DNA of 63,336 nucleotides, the filler included, from Octopus bimaculoides (lineage: Eukaryota), in assembly GCF_001194135.2 (NCBI RefSeq). It is 4 parts of 4 records of this genome, joined end to end, with 100 filler letters (N's around TTAATTAATTAA, not from the genome) between each part and the next. Parts side by side here need not be neighbours in the genome. Positions count along the whole stretch, not along the records: positions 17,103 to 45,593 come from NC_068983.1; 3 more parts are not named here. One strand, 5' to 3'. How positions within the stretch are numbered: position 1 is the stretch's first letter; each line of letters starts with the position of its first letter. A program made the position numbers and the translations under genes. Of this stretch, positions 26,458 through 39,439 are shown one piece after another. The notes under the pieces were generated by a model. The model had not been told where the DNA came from. It saw only the letters and a list, made by a program, of their open reading frames with translations, and searched no databases.

Positions 26458-26770
26458 ATCATCATAGTTTAGCGTCTGTTTCCCATGCTGGTATGGATTA
26501 GATGGTTTGAATGGAACTGGTAAGCCAGATAGTTGTACCAGGCTCCAGTCTAGTTTGGCTTGGTTTCTACAATTAGATGCTCTTCCTAATGCCAACCCCT
26601 CCAAGAATGTAGTGGGTGTCTTGTAAATGTCACTGGCGTGGGTGCCTTTTACGTGTCACAGGTACAGGTGCCATTTATGTGTCATCAGCATGGGTGCCTC
26701 TTACTAGTCAGTGGCACAGGCACCTTTTATATGTCACTGGCACTGGCCACAACTATGATTTCACTTGGTT
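26458..26770 (-). mobile_element. SINE family C
   Basis: Diverged match to the other copies. Confidence 0.75.
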
Positions 26771-29700
26771 TGAATCCAGCAATTTTGAGGTGAGGGTGTT
26801 AGTTGATACCTCAACCCCAGTACTTGATTTGTGCTTTATTTTGTTAAACCTGAAGGGATGAAAGATGAAATTGACCTCAGAGGGATCTGGACTTGGAATG
26901 TAAAGTAATACAGCAAGGCATTTTCCCAACACTTTAATGATTCTTTCTGTCCACCAACTTTGATGTAATATGGAAAATATTACTTATTGACTAATATTCT
27001 TATCTTCTCATTATAAATTTATTTCTGGTTAGTTTTTAGCTTTTTTATGTTTCATGTGTGAAATGTTAACACTACCTTATTACACTTGCTAGTTTGGATT
27101 AAGCAATTTTGTTGTTGTTGTTGCTGTTGTACACTGGTTAAGAGTAATTATTCATTAGTTGGTAGTAATTAGTTTTAATGGAGATACTATAAAGATTACA
27201 GCAGCAAAGGTGATAGAAATGTTGAATACAGAACAGGCTTGCGCAGTTTGGAAAATAATAGAGGCCTTATTGCTTTAAAGAAGGATGTAAATTACTCTTG
27301 ATTATCAAATAAAATAAATTAAATTCTACGTATTATTACATTCTCTTATAAACTATGAAGAGAAAATAAAATGAGAATTTTACTTTTGAGTTGGTTTAAG
27401 CTTTTTCTGGTTTCCTCATTTTAATCTGGTTATCTCTTAGTGTTGTTATGAATAAGTATTAATTTTAAATGTTTCATGGACCACATGGGAAAGCTTTGGC
27501 ATGTGATGTATGGCAATGTGTTGTGCAGACATGATTTAGTGCAATTTATACGCATTATGTACAGGAATTGAAATGAGGAGGCAGGAATTCTTTTTTTTTT
27601 TTTTTGTTGGAGAGTGCATATATTCTTCTTGTTTAGTAATAACTAAACTGGCACTCCATCAGTTACGATGACAAGGGTTCCAGTTGATCTGATAAACAGC
27701 ACAACCTGCTCATGAAATTAACATGCAAGTGGATGAGCATGCCACAGACATGAGTACCCTTGACATAATTCTCAAGTAGAATGAGAAAATCTGAAACAGA
27801 AACTCAACACAGCTTGTAACATCCAACTGGAAGACATTAAAAAAAAAATATGCTTTATCAAGAGGCAGAAAGGTAGTACTTGTAACCTACCCATAGCTAT
27901 TCAGAGGGCCCAACTCATGAGTTATCTACAAATTGAAGATAACTCATGAGTTATATACATAGCAGACTCCATAAAAAGAATCTAAGGGCTACAGGTGGTA
28001 GTATTACACCAGGTAATAGATTATATAAATCACCAAAAGAAGCAAACTCTCCAAAATGCTCGGAAACCAGGTGCTCAAACTTCTGATGGGGCTGACAAGT
28101 GCTGAGAAGATTTAAATACTCCATGAAAGAATATTCACTTATAAGAAGCTTTTGCTGGGGGATTTAGGGCTGCAGACTGATTTCAGTAGAAATTTGTGCT
28201 GATAAAAACACCTGAGGGAATTTCTGAATTCCTTGTCAGACCAGGCAGACATGAGCATGTCTGTAAGTTATAAGTTGAAGTTTATTGTTGAGGATTCCAT
28301 GTCAGTTTGCTGAATGACACTTTAGATCTTTCTAGAAAGTTAAAAACTGTTGGGAACTGAAGTATTTTATGGCTAAGAGGAAGGATGAACTTAGNNNNNN
28401 NNNNNNNNNNNNNNNNNNNNNNNNNNNNNNNNNNNNNNNNNNNNNNNNNNNNNNNNNNNNNNNNNNNNNNNNNNNNNNNNNNNNNNNNNNNNNNNNNNNN
28501 NNNNNNNNNNNNNNNNNNNNNNNNNNNNNNNNNNNNNNNNNNNNNNNNNNNNNNNNNNNNNNNNNNNNNNNNNNNNNNNNNNNNNNNNNNNNNNNNNNNN
28601 NNNNNNNNNNNNNNNNNNNNNNNNNNNNNNNNNNNNNNNNNNNNNNNNNNNNNNNNNNNNNNNNNNNNNNNNNNNNNNNNNNNNNNNNNNNNNNNNNNNN
28701 NNNNNNNNNNNNNNNNNNNNNNNNNNNNNNNNNNNNNAGAGGGTTTTTCCTCATGTATGCAGTGTCAGGTTTTGCCTCATGTATGCAGTGTGGGGCTTGA
28801 TGCATAGAAGATAATGACGATGGAGGCTTTCTCTATGGGAGTACTGCTTATGGTGCCTTCATAGTTAAAGAAAGGCAGGTAGAATGATTTTGTATAGCTG
28901 GTAGAGATCCTTCTGGCAAGGGACCAGAATGATTAGCTGTAGTTTGGAAGACTGGAGAGCTTGTAATATATAAAGGTTTGCAATGTATAAAGCTGTGCAA
29001 TGCATAATGGTTTCTTTGTGATGCAAACTTTCAAATATAAGGTGCATACATTCACATATTTATACTGAGGCAAAACAACAACACAGAGGATGCAACAGTA
29101 AAGAATTAAATGTTTATACTGGATGAAAGCTTGCATTCTTGATTACTCCTAGCTTAATTGTCACCCAGGTTTATATTATAGAAGGTTTATATTATACAGA
29201 AAATAGAGACCTTGAACAATGTGGAGTATAGCTGAAAATTCTTGCAAGATAATCTGCTATATGCAAGGTCTGAGGTTGAAATAAAAATTTGATTTAAATT
29301 TCAACTTGTCCAGTTCTTGGTTTTATATACTTTACAAACTGGAATTTCATTTTGCTTAGTTCATCTCCCTCTTACTCTAGCATTGCCTGTTATCAAAAGA
29401 TTTTAAGGAAAATTTCAAACTTAAAAATAATCAGTTCTTTTGATCAGTTACAAAGATGTAGTTTCAGTTTGTCTGCTACAAAATGGTTTATTCAATTTAA
29501 TGAGCAAAGGATCAAAACATCACATTCACAAACTAAATTACATTTTCTCTCTCTCTCTGGTTATTCCTCGTTTAAATTAACTAATATTTCTTGGAAATAT
29601 AAGAAGACTGTCACAAGTTAAATGAGAGCAAGTATTAGCAACAAGCCAAAAGATGCCTCATTTTTTCTAATTTCTATAATTCTTCTGATTATTCTTGTTT

Positions 29701-31189
29701 TATTTTAATACTTTTTTTTAATACGATGTGTTTATCTATCTACTATTAGGACCTCAGCCCAAATGTGGCTCAGGCTGTATCTTTGGACGGAAGCCCAAAA
29801 TTATTAAGGACGTCAAAATGTCAAAAGAGAAATAGTAGTCTGTATCAAAAATATTTTATATAAGCACACTGAATTTCTGCATCTTTTTTTTTTTTGTTTC
29901 ATAAATTTTGAAAGCAACTTCACATACACGATTACTTTAAAAAATAATCATAATGATGAAAAAAGAAAGATAATTTTACTTTGTATATTATATAAGATAT
30001 ATATTGTTTTCAGTATTAATATTTACTTTTATATTGATATATGTTTTGTAATTTATATTGAAATTTCAGAGTGCAGCAATAATATCAAAATATCTAGAGT
30101 GAACAACAGTTGGGTCTTATTTTAAATACACAAAGTTTATATATAGTTTACAATGAGTGTAAGAAAGTAATATTTATGTTAAGCTTTAGCACACTGCATT
30201 TTCTCTAGAATTGTTTCCCCTGCCACTGCCCTGTGACTACAAGGGATAAAACTCATACAATGACATGATGCCCCCACAGTGTGCTAAAGATTAATTGCAT
30301 TCTTTTTCTGCCAGTATGACATGAAGTGGTATTGGACAATATACTCAAAAATATTATCTCTGCTTAGTTTTCATTATATTAGTATAGTTTGTAAAACAGT
30401 TTATTATAACCATTCGGCTACAAGTATTTGAAAAGCTTCCACTGATTTTAACACCTATCTCTGCCTGTTTAAAGCTTGTGGTTGTTGAGAGAGAAACACC
30501 CAGGCAGCAGAAAAATCAAATTTTTAATTGAAAATATAAATCTCAGGTGACATAAAGCCATGCGATAGAAAGGAAATGAAAAGGAAAAGTACTGATATTA
30601 AGAAAGTTATAGAAAAATAAATGTAATGAAGTAGTTCCTTTTAATCAAAGATGGAATTTATTGAGAGGAACAAAGAGTGAACAGGCTGGACAGAAGCTAT
30701 TTAGTGAAACATGAATGCTTATCTATCTTTTATTTGTTTAGGTTACTAGACTGCAGCCATGGTGAAGTACCACCTTGAAGAATTTTTAGTCAAATGAATC
30801 GATCCACCTCTGTATTTTTTTTTAAAGCCTGGTACTTATTCTATCGGGGTTCATTTGTCGAACCACTAACTTACGAGGTGGTGGAGTGGGAACAAATATA
30901 GACAAAGACACACAGATATATATATATATGTATATNNNNNNNNNNNNNNNNNNNNNNNNNNNNNNNNNNNNNNNNNNNNNNNNNNNNNNNNNNNNNNNNN
31001 NNNNNNNNNNNNNNNNNNNNNNNNNNNNNNNNNNNNNNNNNNNNNNNNNNNNNNNNNNNNNNNNNNNNNNNNNNNNNNNNNNNNNNNNNNNNNNNNNNNN
31101 NNNNNNNNNNNNNNNNNNNNNNNNNNNNNNNNNNNNNNNNNNNNNNNNNNNNNNNNNNNNNNNNNNNNNNNNNNNNNNNNNNNNNNNNN

Positions 31190-31345
31190 NGGGCTTCTTT
31201 CAGTTTCTGTCTACCAAATCCACTCATAAATCTTTGGTTGGTCCAAGGCTACAGTAGAAGACACTTGCCCAAGGTGTCACACAGTGGGACAGAACCTGGA
31301 ACTATGTGATTGTGAAACAAGCTTCTTACCATACAGCCACACATG
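31190..31345 (-). mobile_element. SINE family A
   Basis: Matches other family A copies. Confidence 0.8.
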
Positions 31346-31382
31346 TACCTATAAAATTTATTAAAGGGAAAGAATAATGAGT

Positions 31383-31454
31383 CTCCCTGATGGGGAATTG
31401 AACCTTGGTCTTCCGCATAACAGGCAGGGATACTTACCACTACACTTTCGAGGA
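31383..31454 (-). pseudogene. tRNA-Asp-derived pseudogene (anticodon now GTT)
   Basis: TCCTCGAAAGTGTAGTGGTAAGTATCCCTGCCTGTTATGCGGAAGACCAAGGTTCAATTCCCCATCAGGGAG is colinear with invertebrate tRNA-Asp(GTC), with mostly transition substitutions. Confidence 0.85.
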
Positions 31455-32093
31455 CCAGCTTATGTTTTTCTTTATTAAAATTCTTACAAAATGCATAAAT
31501 TATTTCTCAAGGGAAATTTTTTGATCTAAATTTGATATCACCTTTCTTCTTTCTTGACTCATTCAAAATATCAATTTAAAACAAAGCTAAATACCAAAGA
31601 ACATATTTCTACCATAATGGGTTACTATTAAACTCTTTATTATTCTCTTAATAAGCCATATCAGGCAACAGAATGTGAAGTTCCTTTCTGGTTTTATCAC
31701 CATCTTCATTATAACCATCCTTAGTCATATCACTATTTGTTCTACATTTATTATATCACATGTTTGAGTGTCAAAATTCAGAGATATCATTTATCCACGT
31801 TTTCCAATTTTTGCATGTCTCTTTATATCTTTCATTATTACTCAAAAGTATTATTTTATATAAAAAGTTATTATTGTGTTTACCATCTTTCTTCTGCACA
31901 TTTTTGGCTTTCTACAAGTTATTAATGTTTTATCAGGTATGTATATATACATAATGTTTTATACATTTTATGATATATATTATCAATATTTTCAAACATT
32001 CACATATATAGTCATGCATAAAGATGCTTACAGATATGCAAATATATTCATATATGCACAAATATATGCTCTTCCCAAACATACATAGGCATT

Positions 32094-32134
<41 letters not shown>

Positions 32135-32144
32135 NNNNNNNNNN

Positions 32145-32435
32145 GTGAACAAAACATTGGACTGACTCCTGTGCAGATGGCACGTAAAAAACACCATTTG
32201 AGCGTGGCCGTTGCCAGCACCGCCAGATTGGCCCTCGTGTCGGTGGCACGTAAAAAGCACCCACTACACTCTTGGAGTGGTTGGCATTAGGAAGGGCATC
32301 CAGCTGTAGAAACTCTGCCAGATCAGATTGGAATCTGGGGTAGCCATCTGGTTCACCAGTCCCCAGTCAAATCGTCCAACACATGTTAGCATGCAAGCGA
32401 ACATTAAATGATGATAATGATGATGATGATGATGA
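32145..32435 (+). mobile_element. SINE family C
   Basis: Matches the 23305 copy. Confidence 0.85.
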
Positions 32436-32496
32436 TATATAAGCAGAACACACACATCCTGCACAAAAATTCCTAATACATACATACATACATACA

Positions 32497-32919
32497 TGAT
32501 GATGGCTGCCCCCTCATTATCGAGTATGGCCATTGCACGAAGCTTAACTTAACGGTGCTGTGATCGAATGTGAATTTTTAGCCCAGCCAAAGATCTACAA
32601 TGTCTTGCACAGAATTGGCATCCAAAACCTTTACTGGCAATAGCTGACTGTTGTTGTAATTGGGCTCCATGTACCTTTGCGTGTCGTTTAAGTCCTCCTG
32701 CTGAATCACACTCCCTTCCACATGTCCGACAGACATGATTAGTATGGTGTGTAGCACCACCACCAGCGGCCTGGTAGTCAATCATCAGTCTTGCTTTATG
32801 ACTACGAAAATGACTCATGAGTCCAGCTTTACTGAGGCACGGTCTTGCACAGACACTGCATGTCAGTGTCATAGGAAGACCCTTACCATCTGGAAGTGCA
32901 ACAACAATGCCCTTCCTGA
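32497..32919 (-). mobile_element. 5'-truncated RTE-like LINE 3' end encoding three C2H2 zinc fingers
   Basis: CSVC..GLMSHFRSH, CRTC..GLKRHAKVH, CQFC..GLKIHIRSQH, stop at 32549, short 3'UTR, (CAT)n tail; (TATG)n on both sides. Confidence 0.75.
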
Positions 32920-32949
32920 CATACATACATACATACATACATACATACA

Positions 32950-33021
<72 letters not shown>

Positions 33022-33389
33022 CATACATGCATATACATATATATAACTGGTTGGTTTGGTAACATACACACAAATATCAAATAAGTATGTATATATAAAA
33101 AAATTTAAGGTATGTATATGTCTTTTCCATATCTATTCAATTTCTCTTTGTAGTGTTTGCTTGCCTTTTTTGCATTCATATATGCAATTTGTTCTAAAGC
33201 TAGCTGTATGTGTGTGTGTGTGTGTGAGCATGTGTGTGTATACATATACATATACACTCACACACACACACATACACATATATACATATATATACATATA
33301 CACATACACATATACACATATACACATATATATACACACACATACACACATATATACATACACACACACATACATATACACATATATAC

Positions 33390-34978
33390 CGAGGTGGTAT
33401 CAAAAAGTCCCCAGAATAATTCTGTAGCACACCAACAGATAGCAGCACACAGTTGTATGTGCAGTGAGAGCTGGCATTGACCTTCATGAAGCAGTGTGTC
33501 AAGTGACATCACTGTGTTTACTTCACAAGTTGTGAAATTAGTGTTTTTGTGATCATGTGTATGCTGTAGTCTGCGATTTTGTCATGGACAGGAAGTTGGA
33601 ACAAAGAGCCTCTTGAAATTTTGCATTAACCTTGGGAAGTCTGCTTCAGAGACATTGAGCTTACAGCAACTAGGCAATTGGTCATATGCAATGCTTCTAG
33701 TGGTACAGTTGCTTCAAAAGCAGAAGAACATCCCTGGAGGTCGATGAGTGATCTGGAAGACCTGCCATGTGTGTCAACCCTAGAAATGTGAAGAATGAGG
33801 ATCGTCAGTGGACAGTCAACAACATTGCTGATGTTGATCTATCATATGAGTCCATGCAGGCAATCTTAACATCTGAAGGGAACATGTGGCATGTTTCTGC
33901 CAAGTTTGTCCCCCACCACTGAGCAGAAAGAACATTGTGTCAATGTCTGTCAATATCTCCGTCAGCATGCCACTGATGACCTATCCGTCATGTCGAGGAT
34001 CGTCACTGGTGACAAGAGTTGGGTCTACAAGAAGCAGCAGTTGTCACAATGGAAGAGCTCTTCATCTCCATGACTGAAGAAGGCATGTCAGAGATGCTGT
34101 TCAATCAAGGTCATGCTCATTGTCTTTTTTGACATCTGTGGTATTGTGCTTTGAGAATTCATCCCTCCCCAGGTCAGACTGTCGATCAAGAATTTTACTG
34201 CAATGTTTTGAAGTGTCTGAGAGGGGGACATCTGGCAAAAGTAACCAGATTTGTGGAGCATGAAGAATTGGATTCTTCATGATGACAATGCACCCTGTCA
34301 CTGAGCTCTCATGAGTTTCTCCCCCAAAACAATATGCTATTGCTTACGCACCCACCCTATTCACCAGGTTTAGCATAGTGGACTTCCATCTTTTTCCCAA
34401 GATGGAAAGGCAGCTCAAAGGTCACTATTTTAACACTGTTGTCAAGATCCAAAGTGAATCACAGAAGATTCTTGACTCTCAATCAAGAGCATGCTCATTG
34501 CCTTTTTTGACATCTGTGGTATTGTGCTTTGAGAATTCATCCCTCCCCAGGCCAGACTGTCAATCAAGAATTTTACTGCGATGTTTTGAAGTGTTTGAAA
34601 GGGGACATTTGGCAAAAGTAACCAGATTTGTGGAGCATGAAGAATTGGATTCTTCATGATGACAATGCACTCTGTCACTGAGCTCTCCTCACTCATGAGT
34701 TTCTTGCCAAAAACAACATGGTATTGCTTACGCACCCACCCTATTCACCAGTGGACTTCCATCTTTTCCCCAAGATGGAAAAGCAGCTCAAAGGTCACTG
34801 TTTTAACACTGTTGTCAAGATCCAAAGTGAATCACAGAAGAAAACAACTTCCAGGCTGAATTCCAAAAGTGGCAGCCACACTGGAACCGGTGTATTGTTG
34901 TGTAAGGTGACTATTTTGAAGGGGAAGAGGTTAAAGCTTTAAACATAACTAATCTGGGAACTTTTTGATACCACTTCT
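33390..34978 (+). mobile_element. Full-length dead mariner (DD34D) element with an internal tandem duplication
   Basis: 26-bp TIRs (33390-33415 / 34953-34978), TA context, IVTGDKSW, HDDNAP and HPPYSP motifs. Confidence 0.9.
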
Positions 34979-36017
34979 TACATATACACATTTATACATA
35001 TACATATAGTGATATACATACATATACTGATATACATACATATACATATGTACATACATACATATACAGATATACATGCATATATATTTACACACACACA
35101 TACACACATACGCATGAAAATATTTACTTCCATATTCACACATTATATGAATATTTACATACACACATAAGGAAATCTGTACTACTTTGGTAGTTGTTCT
35201 AAATGTTACTTGTATGTAAAGAAATAAATTATTTTTCAAGACATTCTGTAAATTAGATTGAATTACTTTTGATTTTTTTTTTTACTGACAGATATTTGCT
35301 ATGTTGAAACAAATAGGTGTAGACTGTGTGTATTTAGTGGGGGAGCTCTTTATTTTTATATTGATTTTGTGTTCACTTTGTAATAACAGATTTGGATTAA
35401 TTCAATGTATGTAATTAAGTGTAGTACTACCATTTTGTGTTCATCTAAGATGACTTACAACTACATGTTCTTTCTTTCTTTCAATCATTCATTCTTTATT
35501 TATTTATTATTTAAGAAATCAAATCTTTTAAAGGTTAATAACATTTTTTTGAAAAACTTAATGAGTAAGTACTGTTCTTGGACTCATAGAAGCAGTTACC
35601 CAGTTTCCATGGTGCATAAATGATTGAGATCACAATATTCCCCCTGAATGTGAAGTCAGTCCATCACAGGGTTACACATATTTACTGCTGAGTGGACTGG
35701 ACCAATGTAAAATGAAGCATTTTGCTCAACAACACAATACATTATCCAGTTCAGGAATCAAAACTATGATTTTGTGACTGTGAGTGCAACATCCTAACCC
35801 CTAGACTCTATGTCTTCCAGCAACTTAATAAGTAGATTGTTTTATATACTGGAACCAGTATTGAGAAGATCTCTAGTAAGTCATAAATCTAGTTTAAGCT
35901 GTCATTGGTTGGTTTGAACTACAAATCTTAGCATGGAAATAAATTTATTTGCAGTTTTCTACATAGTATAGTTTACATGGAAATAAACTTATTTGAAGTC
36001 TTCCTCATTGCATAGTA

Positions 36018-36060
36018 TTTTGCATGCAAAAGGCTCTGAGTTTGAACCCTGGCATCTCCA
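36018..36060 (+). pseudogene. 3' half of a tRNA-Ala(TGC)-like sequence
   Basis: TTTGCATGCAAAAGGCTCTGAGTTTGAACCCTGGCATCTCCA resembles the tRNA-Ala anticodon arm to acceptor stem; 5' half absent. Confidence 0.6.
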
Positions 36061-36254
36061 GAATATGTTTTGGTGTGTTTACATCGCTGTAACAGTTGTT
36101 TGGCAAAACAGACCAACAGAATAAGTACCAGACTTTAAAAAAAATGAAAGTACTAGGGTTGATTCATTTGACTACAGATTCTTTAAGGTGGTGACCCAGC
36201 ATGGCTGCAATCTAATGACTGAAACAAGTAAAAAATAAAAGATATTTCATTCCA

Positions 36255-36460
36255 ATATAGGCATAAGGCCTGAAATTTTTGGTCAGGGTAGTCAATTACA
36301 TAGATCCCCAGTACTTGAATAGTACTTATTCTATTGACCCTGAAAGGATGAAAAGCAAAGTTGGCCTCAACAGAATCTGAACACAGAATGTAAAGAGCCC
36401 CAAAAATTCCACTGAGCATTTTTATCCAACACACTAATGATTCTGTCACTCTGTGCCTTC
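36255..36460 (-). mobile_element. tRNA-derived SINE family B (Nin/Deu-like domain GCCTTTCATCCT..GGGTCGATA)
   Basis: Matches copies at 40790, 46529 and 62672. Confidence 0.7.
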
Positions 36461-36537
36461 CTTCATACTTGTAATATTCAGTATCATTCTTTAAACATTG
36501 AAATTTTGAGATGTTTTAAGTACTTCTAGTGTCATCA

Positions 36538-36607
<70 letters not shown>

Positions 36608-37554
36608 CATCATTATTGATATTAAACATCCATTTTCCATGCTGACATGGTTTGGGCAGTTTGATAGAAGTTGGCAAGCCAGGAGCCCAGTTCTATATGT
36701 GTCCTGGATATTGTTGTCAATAAGCATTATATAAAATCTATCAAAATCTTAACTATTTCAGTTTTTATAACTAAAGAAATGGTTATCTAATAATTCCCCA
36801 GCTACTGAAAATGTATTGATTTTGTGCTGAATGTAATAGGAACTTTATTTTCTTGAAAATATATTCTTTAACTGAACAAATATATAGAGTGACTTTCAAA
36901 AGCTCTTTATGGCTTATTTTGCTGTCTTTACAGGCGTTTGAAGCATTTATCCAGATGATGCATATGTTTACTTTAGCTAAGCCAGTCTTGGGCAAACTGT
37001 AGCCTGTGGGTATTTCAGAATGGCACACAAATGAAAAATTACTTTAAGATTTTTTAGTAGTGCAGCCTGCCTGATAATGAGTCATATTTCATATAGCCAG
37101 CTTTTTGTAGAAGGTTGCCCATGCCTGCTCAAGGCCAACTGAAATATTTTATCTGTCACAAAAAAAAAACAAATCTATTGAGACAACAATGCAATGTCTA
37201 CTTGATCACTCAACTTGCTAGAAATAGAAGATAAGTCTCCCTCAAATCACATCCTATTGTTTTTTAAAATAGGGAGGACATATTGGACACTGTAGTCTTG
37301 GATATACAAAATAATGGTGGTATGGTGACAGTTTAATCATAGGCATGCCCAATCAGTCTTGACCTACAGCTAAGCAAGAAAATTTTTTTAAATCTATAAA
37401 ATTTTCGCATAAATCAATAAGTGTCACTATCTGAAAAAAACAGTATATACCTCTCTTGTATTTTTTCTACAAAAATGAAATATTAATGATTTCTCTTAAT
37501 CATTTTGTTTTTCATTATGCTAACAAAAAATAATATTTATTGCATACATTTTTT

Positions 37555-38100
37555 TTCAATCATTCAACACCAATTGGTGACATTATGAAGTTCTTCCATG
37601 TATCACGGTCTTGCATTGCGTTCATAAAGACACTGTCATATAGTCCAACGTCTTCTTCAATGATTTTCTTAGGGGTCAGGCTTGTGTAATCAAGTCTATG
37701 AGTGACGTTGGGGAACCATAATAGAATTCTTGCAGCAGCTTCACTGTATCTCATTACATGTCCAACAAGAAGCAGACAACATTTTCTTATGACAGTTGAG
37801 ATCTTTGGAAGATGCACATATAAGATCTTATTAGTTGTGTGTGAGTGTCAAGAGATATTAAAGGCAGCACACAAGAGAGAAGTGTAGTCACCACTTAACT
37901 TCCTTGTCAGTGCAGGTATTTGATACAATATACAAACCTGAAAATAGTTAAAACATTTTAAAGTTTCAAAACTCAGGGGTAAGGAGAAAGATATTGGATA
38001 CAAAGATCACTGGAAGTTAGCATTCATTGCCATTGCAACTTTCTGTGATAGTATGCCCAAATATAAGTAAGAAAAATAATTCAAGCTACAATCACTATGG
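37555..38100 (-). mobile_element. RTE LINE C-terminal fragment just upstream of CFAP276 exon 4
   Basis: LPKISTVIRK..LVGHVMR..ILLWFP..EEDVGL..NAMQDRDTW. Confidence 0.8.
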
Positions 38101-38300
38101 ACATTTGCTAAATATGCAGACCACTGCAGTTTGTAGGGATTTATTGAGTAAAAAATATGTTATGCTGATATACTGAGATTTATTGTTTGTTTTCTTTCCT
38201 TATTACCAAATGGCAAATAAGCTTTGAATTCACTTTAGTTCTGAGGAAATAATAATAATTATTGTCATTAAGACTCTTTTTATAATCTTTTGTTTTTCAG

Positions 38301-38371
38301 AATCATACCATACTCAAATAACAAACCGGGGATACTGTCGGAAGCCTGATGGAGGATATTACTCTACTTAA
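38301..38371 (+). CDS. CFAP276: CFAP276 exon 4: (E)SYHTQITNRGYCRKPDGGYYST*
   Basis: TTTTTCAG acceptor; matches the family C-terminus HTAATNGGYSRKKDGGFFST; spliced CDS is 573 nt = 190 aa + stop. Confidence 0.93.
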
Positions 38372-38515
38372 CACATTTGATATATTGTGCTGTATTACAA
38401 TAGATATCAGACAAATTTTGAGGTTCTATGAGTTTCTGGACAGCTAAAATGCTACTTGTTTCCCAGTGAACGTATAACATTCAAAGGATAATGTTATTTT
38501 GGCAAAAGTTTCGGC

Positions 38516-38521
38516 AATAAA
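38516..38521 (+). terminator. Candidate polyadenylation signal for CFAP276
   Basis: AATAAA about 145 nt after the stop codon. Confidence 0.45.
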
Positions 38522-39323
38522 ATACAATACAATTTTATATACTGAAAAGTTTGACACTTTATTCTACTGGAATTTATTGATGAATTTATGATATGCAGAT
38601 AATTATACTAAATAAGTGTGTGTATGTCAATGTCTATATATATGTGTTCTCTTCTATTTTTAATTATTTGAAGTCTTCCTGTAAGGGAGGAGATGGTTTC
38701 TCACAAAGATACAAAGCTCTATCATTGGAATGTAGATTACAAAAACAAATTCACATTTTGAAGTCGAGGAGAGTTTTGCAAATTTTACTATTCTGCTTAT
38801 AGAATGTATTTAGTTGTAATGCCTGAGTTAGCTGATCGATTTCTTTTTTGTCTGAAACGCCCAACTTAACCAAATTGACACTTAGGCATTTATTCACAAA
38901 ACCAAGTGCACCATATTGATGTAAATGTGAATTTATAATCAGATTATAGAATCTGGAGGTTTTAAAGCAATTGTCTCTCTAATTTTCAAACAGATATTCA
39001 CAGTGGCCAAGCAGCTAACCTCTATGATGGTACATACTTTTGCTTATCTATTCCAAACAACAATATCTGGCCTATTATGTTTGCACTTGGTAGAAATTTT
39101 GATGGGAATATTCCACAAATATTCCTTCTAGTGTTAATGTATGTACTCACTAACAGAGGATTTCTCTATATTTACTCCAAGAGTATTTTTCTTTTGCAAA
39201 TTGAAGTTCTTTACCACATCGCCATGGCTATGTATTCATCTTACTGGCATCTTATAGGATGTGTGTGTGTATGCACATGCATGCGCACTTATACATGCGT
39301 GCATGTGTATTTGTGTGTGTGTG

Positions 39324-39364
<41 letters not shown>

Positions 39365-39439
39365 AATAGTGGAGTGCTTGAAACTTCTCAGCATTGTTAT
39401 TTTCAGCTGCCCATTTGTATATTACATGCAGGTTGTTTT

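Noticed and set aside
32549-33073. 174-aa ORF as a host C2H2 zinc-finger gene
   Set aside because: The N-terminal part is microsatellite and the 3' end has a LINE-type UTR and tail; treated as a retroelement fragment.
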